From the human T2T-CHM13v2.0 reference genome, Homo sapiens: DNA of 64,000 nt. The position numbers were made by a program, and so were the translations under genes. Location: assembly GCF_009914755.1 (NCBI RefSeq), contig NC_060927.1. The stretch is one strand, 5' to 3'. The notes below the pieces were generated by a model. The model did not search any database and was not told where the DNA came from. It saw only the letters and a program-made list of their open reading frames with translations. This document shows, piece after piece, positions 12,370 through 26,487 of this stretch. Within the stretch, counting starts at the first letter, position 1, and each line of letters starts with the position of its first letter.

Positions 12370-12560
12370 GTAGTTGCTGCTTTGCCTCTATCTGTCTTAT
12401 TTTAACCTCCATGAATCTATGTTTACTTAGGGATGAAATGCAGATAGTGACAGCATCTGCCTTATTATATTGATGTGAAAAATCAAATTCATTAAGTCCG
12501 TAACATTTTTAGCAACATCCCTGGGATATAATAAAGGGTTTATTAATAATAGCCATGAAA
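12370..12560 (+). mobile_element. MIR fragment
   Basis: 'ttaacctccatgaatctatgttt...aaatgcagatagtgacagcatctgcctt...ttgatgtgaaaaatcaaat'. Confidence 0.45.
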
Positions 12561-15500
12561 ACAAAAATAATAATTAGCACTGAGAGCTAATCCATGAGTA
12601 CCAAATTTTACGTGTTGAAGTCATTAAATGAAAGTGATCAGGTTGCAGTGGCATATTTCACAAAGACTTGATAGTTAAAAGGGTCAAGAAATTAATTGTG
12701 CTGACAGTTAATAAAACCAACGCATATCCAGAATCCAGCCACTCAACTTCCTTCTTCTCACATGCCTTGCTTTGCTTTTAAGCACAGTAACCTATGAATC
12801 ATGCTTACAAGTTAACAGGATTTCCTAATAAATCACTGAGGGCATATTCCCCTTGAAATACTGCTGTTCAAATACACATCTAGTTTATTTGGATCATATA
12901 AATTCTTAGGTCTAATTGAATAAAGGGTGAAATATTACTCAAAATTAGAAGAAAAAAATGACTTTTTATGCATGAAAGAACAAAATTAAATATGGTATTC
13001 AATATAATGTTTAAATCAATTTTACCAATACTTTGAAAGATTAGTGAATATATTATAGGTAAAAAATAAACTAACCAACTCATTTCTTTATCAGAACAGA
13101 GTATTTCAATTTTTCATCTATCTTAATTTGTTTCTTTTCCTCAGATATTTTATCTAATTATTATCAATTAAACTATGGTTTATGGTCTTTAGAGGTGCCA
13201 TGAAAAATGTTTAAATAATATAAGTTTAGTTGTAAAATTTCAGTAGGGCAGGGTAGATTTTAAACTTGAAATTCAATTTCAGCATGGTCACAGACTATAA
13301 TAGAGAGCATAATGGAAGTGCTGTGCCATTAGAGATGTTTTATTATTTATCATGAAATGTAAATGACATCCTGCAGACCATCAGCATACACAATTCACAG
13401 AAACTGTATGATGGGCATAAGAGTCATTCATCAGAGAAGATGTTTGATTTGCATTGAGAGGTGACAGTTTGTACTGCTCTGAAATTTTGTTTAATTTTTC
13501 TAACCAACAAGGTCATTCCAAATGCAGTGAACATTTTCAAAAGATCTGTTCGTACATAGCACAGACACCGTACTTAAAATTCATTTTATACTATCTTTCC
13601 TTTGCACACATAACTCATGTTGAAGTTTTTTGCAGTAGTGGAATCAAATTCAGTGAACCAGCCCTGGATCTAGGGCACATCTTTAAAATTTAAAAAGGCA
13701 CCCTACTAGGACAACAGGGTTCACCCCAACTATGACATTGTTTTTGTGTATGTATCATATCCTCTAGTCTAGATGTCTATATTGTATGTATAATTAACAT
13801 GTCTATATTTTAGAATTGATTATGCTTTGGGAGAAAACATAGCAATAAAATATGTTAAGAGACTGAAGTATATAACTATAATTGGTATTTCATTCACATA
13901 AAATTAAAAATATACTTTTTCACAAATTGCAGTGATTATATTATCCCAACTGGCAACTCTTATTAACATCACTCTTTATGGAAAACCAAATTAACAATTA
14001 GAAAGATGCTTAGAAAGCATCAATCTAGAGCAAAAAGAAGTGATGTGACCGCTGTGGAGAAATTTTCTACTCAGGCAATTATTAGTCTTACTGAAGTAAT
14101 TCTACTCTTCCTGAGAACACAGCGTGTCTCTATCTTAGACTTTGCTGAGAAAGTTTTTCACTTCTGACTTTTGAGGCTTCCATTTTCTATGATTTACCCT
14201 GATGATGTCTTTTAATTGCACATTAATTTTTGAATCAGAGTTTCATAGGATAAATTAAGCTCCCCCATGTGGCATTATAATCACATTGTAATTGCACTTC
14301 TTTGAGATTAAAATTAAGTCCCCTTGATTAGAGTTTTGAGAATTCAAGACTTAAAATTTTTCTTTATTTAGCCAGTTGAATGGCTAACCACATTTGTGTG
14401 TGGATTTTTGAAGTTTAAACCTCAGAAATCATTCATTGCCCATATAACAATGAAAATATTTGTCTCCAGGACTCCAGAGTGAGTATAAAAATGCATTAGA
14501 ATTACACAACTTTAAGCATAATAGAAATTTCAGTGTATCTTATGATACCATACAAAGCCAAGAGACCATCAAAAGGCAAATGGAAATGAAAAGATTTTTG
14601 GAGCACAGGATATCACAACTGCTATGATGGTAAGATCTAAGGTATCCAGCATTGTGTAATGAGTGTCAAATTAGATAAACATAACTAATTTCTGAAATTA
14701 CTTCATAATAAAAATTCTGATTCAATCATGTTTAGATTAGTAACAGGAGCATCACACTCAGAAAATACATACATATATCAGTAAATTATTATTTGAAATA
14801 TTATATATTGAATTAATATATTACTAGATATGCTATAGTTTTAGGACTTATCAATGAACATAAATTCTCAATGCATCCAATGGAAGCAACAGCTAAAATA
14901 TTTTAAATATAAATTATTTTCATCATTCTTTGACCATTTCTTAATGTCTAGAAAAAATTGTTTCTCAGGTTTCTTTCACAAAATTAAAATTGAACATCAA
15001 AATATTCTGAAATCTTGAATTTTATATATCAAATAATAAATACTATATTATATGTTACATGCTCATGACAATGTACATGTCTACACATTCTGCAATAGTT
15101 AATACATGCCATTCTACAGTGGAATTTGTAGATGTGTCCTGATGGAGCCCATAGGAAAGTGATGTAAAATAGAGAAGTATTTGTAATATATTTAATATGA
15201 CAAATTAGAGTGAGCATTCTACTACAGAGGAAAGTGAGAGCAATATCTTTTGGCATAATGTATTTGATCATTTATAGATAATGACAAATATGATAGTAGT
15301 TGAGGTTTTAAAAATTCTTCTTTAAATATCTCAAAGCAGTAAAAGTCTTCCCATATATATATGATGAACTTCTGTGCATCAATTTCCTATGTTAAATAAA
15401 GCACGGATGAAAAATTTAAAGTCTACTGTTTTTGACTGCCAAGGGTGCTGAAGGAGGTTTAAAAGTAGATCCAGTGCAGAAATAATCTTTCTTAATTTGG

Positions 15501-16089
15501 TACATCACATATCAAGTAGGATTAATAGGCTATTAGCCTTTGTATTTATTATAATGCTCTGACATTTCATCTATCATATTTGAGTTTCATCTGGAAGGTG
15601 TAAACAGCACATCTCCTTCAATTTATCTTGTGATATAGTATAACATAGCAAATTGCTATTTTGTTAATTAACTTATAAGACTTAAAATTACTGTAAATAG
15701 AAACAATAATGAATGTTCAAGATCATTTACTGTGCTGAAATTAACCTGCATTCCAATAGCTGCTCCACCTCTCACTATCAGTAAAACTTCAAAGTTAGAT
15801 AAACAAAAATATTTTATTAAAGTTTGTTTTTAAAGTATTTTGTCCTCAGATTAGAACATACCTATCAATTAAAAACCATATGTCATATCTTCTGTGAAAA
15901 AAATGAATAGAATTTAAAGGAAGCTAATTTCATGTTTAAGTAATTTATTTTGTTTTTGTTCCACTAACTCCAACTTAGAAAACCTTTCAGTAGATTCAGA
16001 ATTAACAAGAAAATAGAAACAATAATGATACTTGCTTTCATCTATGGTGACTATTTTCAACTTTCTCCTTTTAGTTTATTAATTTATGT

Positions 16090-16420
16090 CATATTTATTA
16101 AGCTTTTATGATGTGCTAGGATATAATATGACAATATACTGATAATAATGCTATAAAGAAGGCCATACATGGTTAGGGAGACAGAGAGTGACTGGAGATG
16201 GTGGCACTGTAGATCAGGTGCTCAGAAAAGACACCTCAGAAAAGCTCACATGTGAGCAGAAACCTAAGTGGAATAGGGAAAAAAATGAGAATATCTCCCA
16301 CAAGAGTATCTGGAGCACAGGAAAAATCCAGAGCAAAGCCATGGGGCAAAAATATAATTGACATGTTAAAAGCCCATATGAGAGTGGGAAGAAATTACAT
16401 TAGAGAAGTGGCTTGAGTTT
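16090..16420 (+). mobile_element. L2 fragment
   Basis: 'atttattaagctttta...gtgctagg', 'tcagaaaagacacctcagaaaagctcacatgtgagcagaaacctaa'. Confidence 0.5.
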
Positions 16421-16889
16421 ACCATAAATACTTTAAAAAAATATATCAGTCCGAATTACCTCTTTTGTGTATCAAATAATTTTCAATGACAGAGCTACTT
16501 TGGGATAAATAGGATTATACATAAGATATTCAAGAAGTAGACTGTTACAAAATTGCTTAAGCTAAATAATTTCCCTATTCAGTCATTCCAGTAAGCCTTA
16601 GAATTAATCTAACAGATAAAAATAAAACACAGTCAGATCCAGTCAGTAAGAAATGAACTTTGCTTCATTCTTGAGATAGTACTACAGAAAAGTTGCATTC
16701 TATCTAAGTTTTGCAGTTTTATGAAATTACAAAAAGTCAAGGGAAATCATCACACTTCTCTCCATAAAATCATTTAGAGTTTCCTATTGCTGGCATTTTC
16801 CTTCCCCTAGTTCCCCAATATCTCACACACACTTACACCATTTTACAAGTACATTCAAAATACTAAGATCAAATATTTATGATGCATCA

Positions 16890-17480
16890 ATGTCCTAAAA
16901 AATAAAATGGAGGACACACCTGTGTTTGAATAAAGTTGGTTTTATTGTCTTGGAGCAATGAGGGTGAATGCACACCATGGTAATCGAATGGCTTTGATTT
17001 GAGAGTCTTTGAATATTTATTATAGTAATTTGTCTTGTGTTAGGGAATTTTTCATAGATTCAAGGAAGTAATGCTTTGTTCTAGATTGGTTTTTATCAGG
17101 AACTGAAGATAACTCTATGATTGGGTATCCCAGTATTGCTGATGTAGAAGCTGGGAAGAATAATGTAAAGCTAAAGTTGTCATGGATAAAGCAGCACCAG
17201 TAATTTATATTAGACTGATGATGAAAATATTTGATAATTATTGTAGTTTGGACATAGTTGCTGTTTTCTCTAAATTTGTACATGAATATGGAGTGGTCTC
17301 GTTTTCATCTGATCCACTGAACTCACAGAGAGGCTTTGTCTGGTGTTGATACTGAATTATTTATGAAAAAGAGCATCACAGCAAGTGCCATACAAATTCG
17401 GAGGAACACTAAGGCCTTGTTTAAAGTGCAACACAAGCCCCAGGCCAGATCCTAGGTCTCAAAGGTACTTTTCTATTCCT
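16890..17480. mobile_element. Degraded ERV1-like LTR (MER90/MER110-like)
   Basis: 'aaagttggttttattg...gggtgaatgcacaccatgg', 'gttctagattgg...aactctatgattgggtatc'; pattern recognition only. Confidence 0.35.
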
Positions 17481-18500
17481 TTAATGTGCATGTCGGGTTT
17501 GGGAGATAAAGTTTCCTGGACTTACAAAAACCCTCAACAACTTTCACTCTTATTTTCTAAAAGAGAATAAATAAGATACCTATCAAATGTTTGGAAGGAA
17601 TGATTGAGGGGAAGACACCTGGGCCTGGAGATTTGGGGGGGTATTCTTTTAATTACAGACTCATTTCTTAAAATCAGTATTAAAAATTTCGACTTTTTAT
17701 TGCTTCTTTCAGTTTTTAAGGGATATGCATTTCTAAAATTTGTTTTGTTTCTTCTAAAGTTTCAAATTATTGGAAAAATTTCTTTCAAATATGTTATTAT
17801 ACTTAGAATATGTTTTTGATATATAGTGACACTTCCTTTTCACATTTATATTTTTTTATTTCTCTCACTTTTTAACCAATAATTCTGCTAAATGTTGGTC
17901 AATGTTTTTAGTCTTTTTAAAAAATCAAAATTGGCTATATTTATTTTTATTTATCATATATATCTATTTTATTCCTTTGTAACTCTAGGTTCGGCGGTTG
18001 TTAACTTCTTGAGATGAAATTACAGATTCTTTTATATGCTTTTTTTAATCTTATGCATTAAAATTATACATTTTCCTTTTGGTTTATCACGAGTTTTGAT
18101 ATATTTTTAATTACTTAACTGAGAGTATTTTATTATTCCCATTGGGCTTTTTTCTTTGATTTTGACATATTAGTAAGTATATTGTTTAATTTTCAAGAAG
18201 TTGGTTGTTGTTCATTTACCATGTTATTACATTCCAGCTTAATTTATCTATTGCCGTAGACTATTCTATGACTTTTTTTGAGGCCTCAAATTTATTGAGC
18301 TCTATCTTCCACTGTGTTATTATGTGAACATGAATAGAATGTGTATTTTGCCATTGTCAGTTGTTATGTTGTATATATCAAGTATATAGATTTTGTTAAT
18401 TGTGTGTTTATTTAATTATATTGTTCAGAGCTTCTATAAATTTGCTGATTTTTGTTCTATTGTCTTTAGGTATGATAGTTAATATTTTCTATTTTAGTTT

Positions 18501-19312
18501 TGCTATGGTCTGAATATTTGTGTCCTTCCAAAATTTATATGTTGAAATCCTAACCTGCAATGTAAGAATATTAGGAGGTGGGGCCATCAGGAGGTTCTTA
18601 GATCATGGGAGCAGAGCCTTCATGATGGGCTGTTAGGTTTGGGAGATAAAGTTTCCTGGCCTCATAAAAACCCTCAATAACTTTCATTCCTGAAGGTATC
18701 TATTTGATTTTTTTCTGAAATTTCAATTGAGCTGCTGGTTTCTTCCATGCAATATTTTATACTCAATTGTGTGCAGAAGAAGCTGGTGAGATTTCCCTCT
18801 TACATAAATAAGCAATTGCAGTGTTTTGCATGCAAAATTTTTAAAAAATTTGACTTGTCCTGATTCTATTTTGTAAATGGAAAACAATCATATCTTTCTA
18901 AGCAGTAATGGAAGAAGACTAGTGCTTTGTGCGTTTTGATATATTTGAGTTAACCATAATGTCATACTTTTGACGTGATTGGGTTTCTCATAAGTATCCT
19001 AGTTCATGTACATCTGAATGCTAAATAATACAGTGTTTAAGTTTTGTGTTGCAAGAATTGTGCTACAAAAAGCAAGAAAGAAAACACAAAAATTGGCACT
19101 GTTATTAAAGAGGCCAGAGAGAGACCCTTTCCACTATCTGGTGACATAGCAAGAAGGCATCATCTATAAGCCAGAAAGCAGGCTCTCAGTAGACACTAAA
19201 TTGGTCTTAATCTTGGACTTCTCAGCCTCAAGAACTGTGAAAAATAAGTTTCTGCTGTTTATCAGCTCCCCAGTTCATGGTAGTTTGATATAGCAACCCA
19301 AATAAACTACAT
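18501..19312 (+). mobile_element. MLT1A-like LTR split by a ~460-bp insertion
   Basis: 5' half 'tgctatggtctgaatatttgtgtcc...gagccttcatgatggg' (to 18630). 3' half 'attaaagaggccagagagagaccc...cttggacttctcagcctcaagaactgtg...aaactaca' (from ~19093). Confidence 0.85.
18631..19092 (+). pseudogene. Probable 5'-truncated retrocopy of an mRNA 3'UTR with a decayed poly(A) tail
   Basis: Non-repeat, 3'UTR-like sequence interrupting MLT1A and ending in 'aaaaagcaagaaagaaaacacaaaaa' (19067-19092). Parent gene not established. Confidence 0.55.
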
Positions 19313-21589
19313 TAAGTTTTTTTTTTTTTTTGCTTGTTTTGAGGTTGTTATAAGTTGTGTGAAAAATTTAATACATAATATTTTCTTAGGTGATTTATTT
19401 TTTCCCATCAAGTGATCACTCTGTTTTTCTCTAGAAATGGTTTGTGCATTAAGGTTTGCTTCATCAGCTTTGCTGCAAAGAGTTATTTCCTGAAATATAT
19501 TTTTCTATTATTTATTTTTAAATATTTCCTGTTTTAATTTTTCAGTTGTGCATCTTGTAAGCCAGATATGCTTATTTTAGCAGTCAGAAATCTTAGTTTT
19601 ATAATGAAAGATTTTAGTCCATTTACATTTAAAGTAATGACAGACATATTTGGGATTTGTATCTATCACCTTTTATTGATTGTTATTTGTATCATCTAGA
19701 TATTCTATTTTCTTTCCCCTCTTGAGGTCCTTTTTTATTAAACAAGTATTTTGTTATTCCCCAAATTATCAATTCTTGCTTGATTTATTAAAATTTAATG
19801 CAAAATAGACTGTGGTTGATAGAATAAAAAGATGGTAATTATCAATTCATTTTCTTCTTTTACACAGATGGAACTTGACACATGTAGAAGTAAAAGTAGC
19901 CTGTCCTTTTACTTGCCTGGACTATACAACATAGAAGAAATGACACTGCGCTGGTTCCCAGGCTAGATTTTAAGAGGATGGTGAGATTGTGCTGACCTCC
20001 TCTTAGATTCCTGAAATCTCATGCAGGACATCATATACATATTATGTTTATAAGAGAGGAAAATCTATGAAAAATTATCACAAAAATATTGAGAAGTTCT
20101 ACACTAGGACACATGTTTAAAAATTAGAGGAGGTATAATTTTGGTACAGTAATTAGCCAAACCCAAATGTGGAAAATAATTTCTCCAACAAATAGGAAAA
20201 TCTAGTCTACTTGATGGACATCTAAATTGAATATTAGAAAGTGTTCCTATATTCAGTGGTAGGGTAGAACCAGGTAAGTTCTTACAGGCCCAAATGGAAC
20301 TCAATATGGAAGTATCTATGTATCAAATTAAGTAATACAATAATTTGAGCTAAATTTTTTCCTTTTCTGCAAGACTTCGGCGAGTAAATAAGAAACCACA
20401 CCCAAAGGCAGAATCATGTATACAGTTGCATCATGGAGATATTTTTAACTGTGACTTTTCATTAATCTATGCTATAAATTAATGTAAGATATAATTAATA
20501 TCATACAGCCAATTAAGTACCCGGATTCAGGATTAAATTCATTCTTAAACAGTTTAATAACTGCTTATACTACTTATAAAAAAACTTGAATAGGATTTAA
20601 AATTTTAGTGGCACACAAGTTCAAAGCAAGAATATATCTTAATATATTACTATTTTCTTTGTAACAGTTCTAAAGCATTCACTTATATACTTGTTCATGT
20701 AACACAAGGTAATTATAATGGTTAGATTTTTGTATTCAACCTCTTCTGTTTTGTATTTTTAGCAAATATTTTAATTGAAAGGTAATCATATTAATGAACA
20801 CTAGTAATTTTGTTATTATTATGTAATATTAATAAGAGAAAAATGTTTGTAATGTTTCATCAACTGTCTATCTTCAGCATAAATGGAAGAGTGAGTTCCA
20901 CATTCAGGTTTTTATTTTCACTTATATTTTATATTGAAGAAATATAAAGTCTTTACTCACAACTTTGGGTCACTTGAAAAGGCAGAAGAGTGTGTTAATA
21001 ACATCAGAGAACTCTGGATCTTCAAGTTGCAATGGGTTATATTATGGAAATGCTACGGAATATTACAGAAATATTATAATAAATACAGAATAATACAGAA
21101 ATATATACTTATTTATGCTCTACTATGAAGGATTATATAATTTCTGGATATTTATGTTATTTTTTTTCCTCTGATATCAAGTACTGGGAAAGCGTTGTGC
21201 TGTCTTTTGGGTAACTATATAGTATTTTTGAAACAATTCTAATCTCTTATTCTAACATTATTGTGGTTTTGCTCACATTTAAAAGGTTTGAGTTTTGAAG
21301 ATATTGAATATATTCCTGAGATAAGACTCTTTACCAAATTATTTGAAATCATATTGCATGCATCTATTTTCCAGTCACAGACTCATGTGAAAAATGCAAT
21401 TTTTCTCTACCTTAATTTAGTTTTCTATTCTGAACTAAATTCTTAGTTTAGTATTTTTATCAATCACATTCACAAAAACTTAGTCTGATTCAGTGATTAC
21501 TCAGTCATCTCAGGTTTGTAACTGAGTCATAATCAGGTATAAAACTCAGGTTTTTTTTTTCCTTCTGTTTTCTTTCCTCCTTAATTTTT

Positions 21590-21731
21590 TATATATATAA
21601 TATATAAAATTAATATTATATATTAATTATATATAAATTATTTGCAGAAAATATTATATATATAATTATATATTATATATATATATAATTATATATTATA
21701 TATATATATATATATAATATATATATATATA
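21590..21731. repeat. (TA)n-rich low-complexity tract
   Basis: Seen directly. Confidence 0.9.
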
Positions 21732-23431
21732 GCAAATAATTTTGAGCACTTAAGACCCTGGAGATATAAATGCTAACAAGACAGTCACAGACCTTAATTT
21801 TATAAGTTATATTATTTGGGAAAGAAGACAGACAACAAATAAGTAAATAGATGAAGGAATGAGGCATATTCAGATAGTACTCTAAATGCTATAAATAAAA
21901 ATGAAGATCATGTAAAATAGAGTGGGATCTATTTTGGAAATAAATATAACTAGACAAGGTTACTGATGAGATATAATGAAAGGAAATAAATTAAGTATAA
22001 TTCTTATATTTTCATAACAGCTTTAATGATCAGTTATTGAGACTGGAAAACGTGAAAGAGCAGTAGAAGGCACGGTGTAGAGGAGAACCAGGAATTCTGT
22101 TTCCAAGTCTTAAAAGTTATTGAATTATTTGATTTTTTTTTTAGATATTTTATTTTGCAACTAATAGAGCCACAGTGCCTTTTTATTGATTTGATTTAGG
22201 TGTGATAACAGAGAGAAAAACTGAAAAAAGCAAGCTTTGTAACTAATTATTAATTAGCAAGTAGGAAGAAATAATGATTATGAAGGAGTAGATTAAATTT
22301 GGTGAACTGTACTAGGTAAGCTTTCTCTTTTTAGCTACCATTAAAAGAAGGTAAAGAAAATTATTTAATTGAGATGGAAGCATATTTTTTTCCCACATGA
22401 AATGAAGTCATTAGGAGGGCAACACAGGTCTAGTATGGCACTTTTATGATGTTAGCAAGGATCCAACTTCCTTCAGATCTTCTACTGCGTCACCTCTTGT
22501 GTGTGGCTGTCCATACTCAAAGCTGCCTCCAGGAGGCATAAAATCGAAATATAAACATTATTGTTTTCAAATCATGTTTGTGCTCCTGGCAAGAAGAAGA
22601 AAAATGTGGAGAGGGGCAAAAAGATGGCAACCACATAGTCTCAGAAACTAAGGAGTCAAGATTTTCTGGCAAAGTAGACTTGTGCCATTAATGAAATTAT
22701 GATTCTACTACTAAAGCTTTGACATTTCTGCTGAATGTACAGTAAATACTTATTATTTTTAATGCATCAAATATACTTTTAAACAAACTTAATATGTATT
22801 ATTTGATTAATATATTACTTAATACAACTTGCACAAAATTTGTAATCTTTCCTCCCAAACTTCTCTAATTGCAGTGCTATACCTACCATTTATTGAGAAT
22901 TCCATTCTTCCAGTTACGCAGGCTAAAAAATCAGGAGCTATTATTTGATTTTTTTTCCTTACATACTAGCTCTAGTGTTTATGTTCCGTTGTCTTAACTT
23001 CCAAATATTTCCAGATGCCAACCACTTCTCATGACTTCCAAGGCTAATTTCCTTGCCAAAACCACATTTGGATTTTATAATAGGATTCTAACTGGATTTT
23101 CATTTATTCATATAATTCTCAACATAGTAGTCTGTGTTATCCTTTAAAACTGAAATTTAGATTACATCATTCCATTACCACTCTGATTTTGTCATTTACT
23201 ACCTTTCCCTCAATCATTCTTCTGTCAGCCTCTGTCCTTGCAGTTTCTTCAACAGACCTTCAAGGATACTCTTGGCCAAAGATCTTTGCACTGGCTAGCC
23301 TTTCTATTTGAAATTGTCTTACTTCAGATAGCCTATGATTTGTTCTCCACATGCCTCAAATCTTGGCTCAAATTTTAATTACCTAGTGAGGCTTTTCTCT
23401 GGCCGGCCACCCTATTAGAAATTATAACATT

Positions 23432-24119
23432 CTGTCATAGTGTGAACATTTGTGCCCGCAATATTCATATATTGAATTTTTTTTCTTTTTTTTCTTTTGA
23501 GACGGAGTCTCACTCTGCCGCCCAGGCTGGAGTGAGCGCAGTGGTGCGATCTCGGCTCACTGCAACCTCCGCCTCCTGGGTTCAAGCGATTGTCTGCCTC
23601 AGCCTCCCAAGTAGCTGGGATTACAGGCGCCCTCCACCACGCCCGGCTAATTTTTTTGTATTTTTAGTAGAGATGGAGTTTCGCCATCTGGGCCAGGCTG
23701 TTCTTGAACTCCTGACCTTGTGATCCGCCTGCATTGGCCTCCCAAAGCGCTCGGATTACGGACGTTAGCCACCGTGCCCGGCCTTTCATATGTTGAAATC
23801 TTAACCTTCAAAGTGTTGGCATTAGGAAGTGGAGTCTTTGGGAGTTGAAACCTTTAGGGTGTTCGAGGGTGGAGCCGCTCACGAATGGGAGTAGTGCCCT
23901 TATAAAAAAGACCCAGAGAGCTCTTTAGCCCTCTGTCTGTCACATGAGGAGGATACAAAGAGAAGTTAGCAGTCTGGAAGAAAGTCCTCACCAGAACCAA
24001 TCATGCTGGCATCCTGATCTCAGACTCCCAGCCTCCGTAACTGTGGGAAATGAATTTCTGTTGTTAGGCACCCCATTTTATGGTACTTTGTTATAGCAGC
24101 CTGGACTAACTATGATACA
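23432..24119 (+). mobile_element. MLT1A-like LTR containing an Alu
   Basis: 'tcatatgttgaaatcttaacc', 'gaatgggagtagtgcccttataaaa', 'gactcccagcctccgtaactgtg', 'ttgttatagcagcctggactaact'. Confidence 0.8.
23477..23783 (-). mobile_element. AluS (Sg/Sx-like), full length
   Basis: Antisense dimeric Alu. TSD ttcatatattgaa (23464-23476) / ttcatatgttgaa (23785-23797). Confidence 0.95.
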
Positions 24120-24670
24120 TGCCGTTCTCCTAAATGGCATTCTCAATTCTTTTCCCTTTGTTTATTTTTCTTCATTACATACATCAGCATTCAGTATATT
24201 AAAATTCCGTTATTTGTCCAGTTCTGTGCATATCTATTATACTAGAAAGTAAGCTTTTACAACAGGAGTTGTTTTGTGCGCTAGGACTCTAGTACCTACA
24301 AGAATACTTATCACGTAATAAGTGTTAATTAGTTAATGAGTAAATGGATAAACGAATATAATGTAAATAATTAAAGGAAAAGGTGAGTGGACATTGCATA
24401 ACAGTTACCATTCAGTGCTACAGTTGAAAAATGCCTTTGAGATGCCTGTTAAACACTTAAACACTAATGTTGGAAATGAGGAGCTACAGCTCAAGGTAAA
24501 AATTGGAGTTGCAATATTTTAGTGTATGGGTAGTGTCCAAAGTAATCACAAGGAATAGGAAGCTCTATTAAATTCTGGTAAAGGTAGAAAATTTACTTTA
24601 AAATACATTCTAAATTTACAGAGAGCTCCATGACCCTTGAGCATTTTAATTTAAAATGTATCTGTATATT

Positions 24671-25000
<330 letters not shown>

Positions 25001-26193
25001 TTATCAAACATAAAATATATACACATATATAGTATTTTATTTGTATTGAATTTTTTCCTGTAGCCAGAAGCACTTGAATCAGATTATATGTAAATTCTTT
25101 TTCTAATCTTCAAGTTTGTATCTCTGATAAAGACAAAATAAAATTATTCTCTACCACCTGGTACAGAAGTAATTTAAATCTCTTAGAGATATGCTTTAAA
25201 CTCTTATAGACAACATTTGAAGAATATTTTCTTGGATCTTTTCAAAATTTGCAGGTGCTAAGAGGAAATTCCAGTGTTTTGTCTTTCCAGTTCATTCGTT
25301 CTTTTAAAAACTTCAAAGTAGACATTTTTTAAACATTCAGACTTCTGAAGTAGTAGTGTTTCCATTTCTAAGAATGTCCTTATTGTCAGAGATTTCATAA
25401 CCTATAAGATTATGGGATCATTGTCTAAAATATTTCATAATAAAAGCTGTAGATATAGCTAGCATATTCTCTGGCCAAGAAGCTATTTTTATTTTGTAGA
25501 AAATCAAATATAGAACCCTCTAACCAGTTTATCTAATTGCTTTATTAATTCCAATAGGTTTATTTTTTAATTTCTATTGAATTTTTTACATCATTAGTAT
25601 GTAGAGAATAGTCTTATTGGTTAACATGTAACTTTATTATCTTTCTAAATGCTCAGGAACTTATCATCTGGAATTCTTACAATATTGAATGTCGATTTCA
25701 GTATTATAAACAATGAAGATATTATAGATTAATGACTATTCTCTATAATCTTGAAAATAATTTAGGAATCTCACTGTTTATAATCATGCTTTTTGCCGAT
25801 ATTGCAGACAGTTTATCATTTGATAAATCTTTTTGTTTAATTTAATGTACAATTTTTTACTAGGAATGGCTTTTGAAATTATTCAAATTATACTTTAACA
25901 CATTAATAAAATACTTTACTTGGCTATAGTGTAATGCTTTCATAATACATGATGCAAGGTTTTCTCAGCATTTGTGCATATCTAATTGTGGCTGAGAGCC
26001 TCATATAGTATTTTCTTTGTGGTGAATTATTAAATAAACTGATTTTTGAAAGACTTGAAGAGATATTGTAACTTATTTAGTTCAAACTAAAAGTTCCTGA
26101 TTATTTCCTAAAATCCCTTCATAACAGAAACATCAAAAACGGGTTTTGAGTAAATAGTCCAACTCAACTCTATTACCCTACATTTGTAACTAC

Positions 26194-26487
26194 TTTTTTT
26201 TTTTTTTGAGACAGAGTCTTGCTCTGTTGTTGTCCAAGCTCGAGTTCAATGGTGCAATCTCAGCTCACTGTAACCTTCACCTCTCAGATTCAAGTGATTC
26301 TTGTGCCTCTGCCTCCCAAGTACTGGGATCACAGGTGCATGCCATCACACTTGGCTAATTTTTGTATTTTTAGTAGAGACAGGGTTTTGCCATGTTGGCC
26401 AGGCAACGACCTCCTGGTCTCAAGTGATCCACCTCCCTTGGTCTCCCAAAGTGCTGAGATTACAGACATGAACCACCGCGTCTGGCC
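26194..26487 (-). mobile_element. Alu (J or old S)
   Basis: Poly(T) then 'gagacagagtcttgctctgttg...cccaaagtgctgagattacagacatgaaccaccgcgtctggcc'. Confidence 0.93.

Larger units (their letters stand above)
17570..19800 (-). mobile_element. Ancient L1 (L1ME-like) fragments interrupted by MLT1A
   Basis: T-rich antisense L1 motifs such as 'cctgggcctggag...ttttaattacagactcatttctt' and 'ttttagtccatttacatttaaagtaatgacagacatatttgg'. Confidence 0.5.
22860..24350 (-). mobile_element. L2 fragment interrupted by MLT1A
   Basis: 'ccattcttccagttacgcaggctaaaaa', 'tctttgcactggct', 'cctcaaatcttggctcaaat', 'actagaaagtaagctttt...tacctacaagaatactt'. Confidence 0.6.

Noticed and set aside
23442-23723. Alu-derived ORFs (also 26219, 32487, 38255, 41891, 49221)
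   Set aside because: Typical Alu-derived translations.
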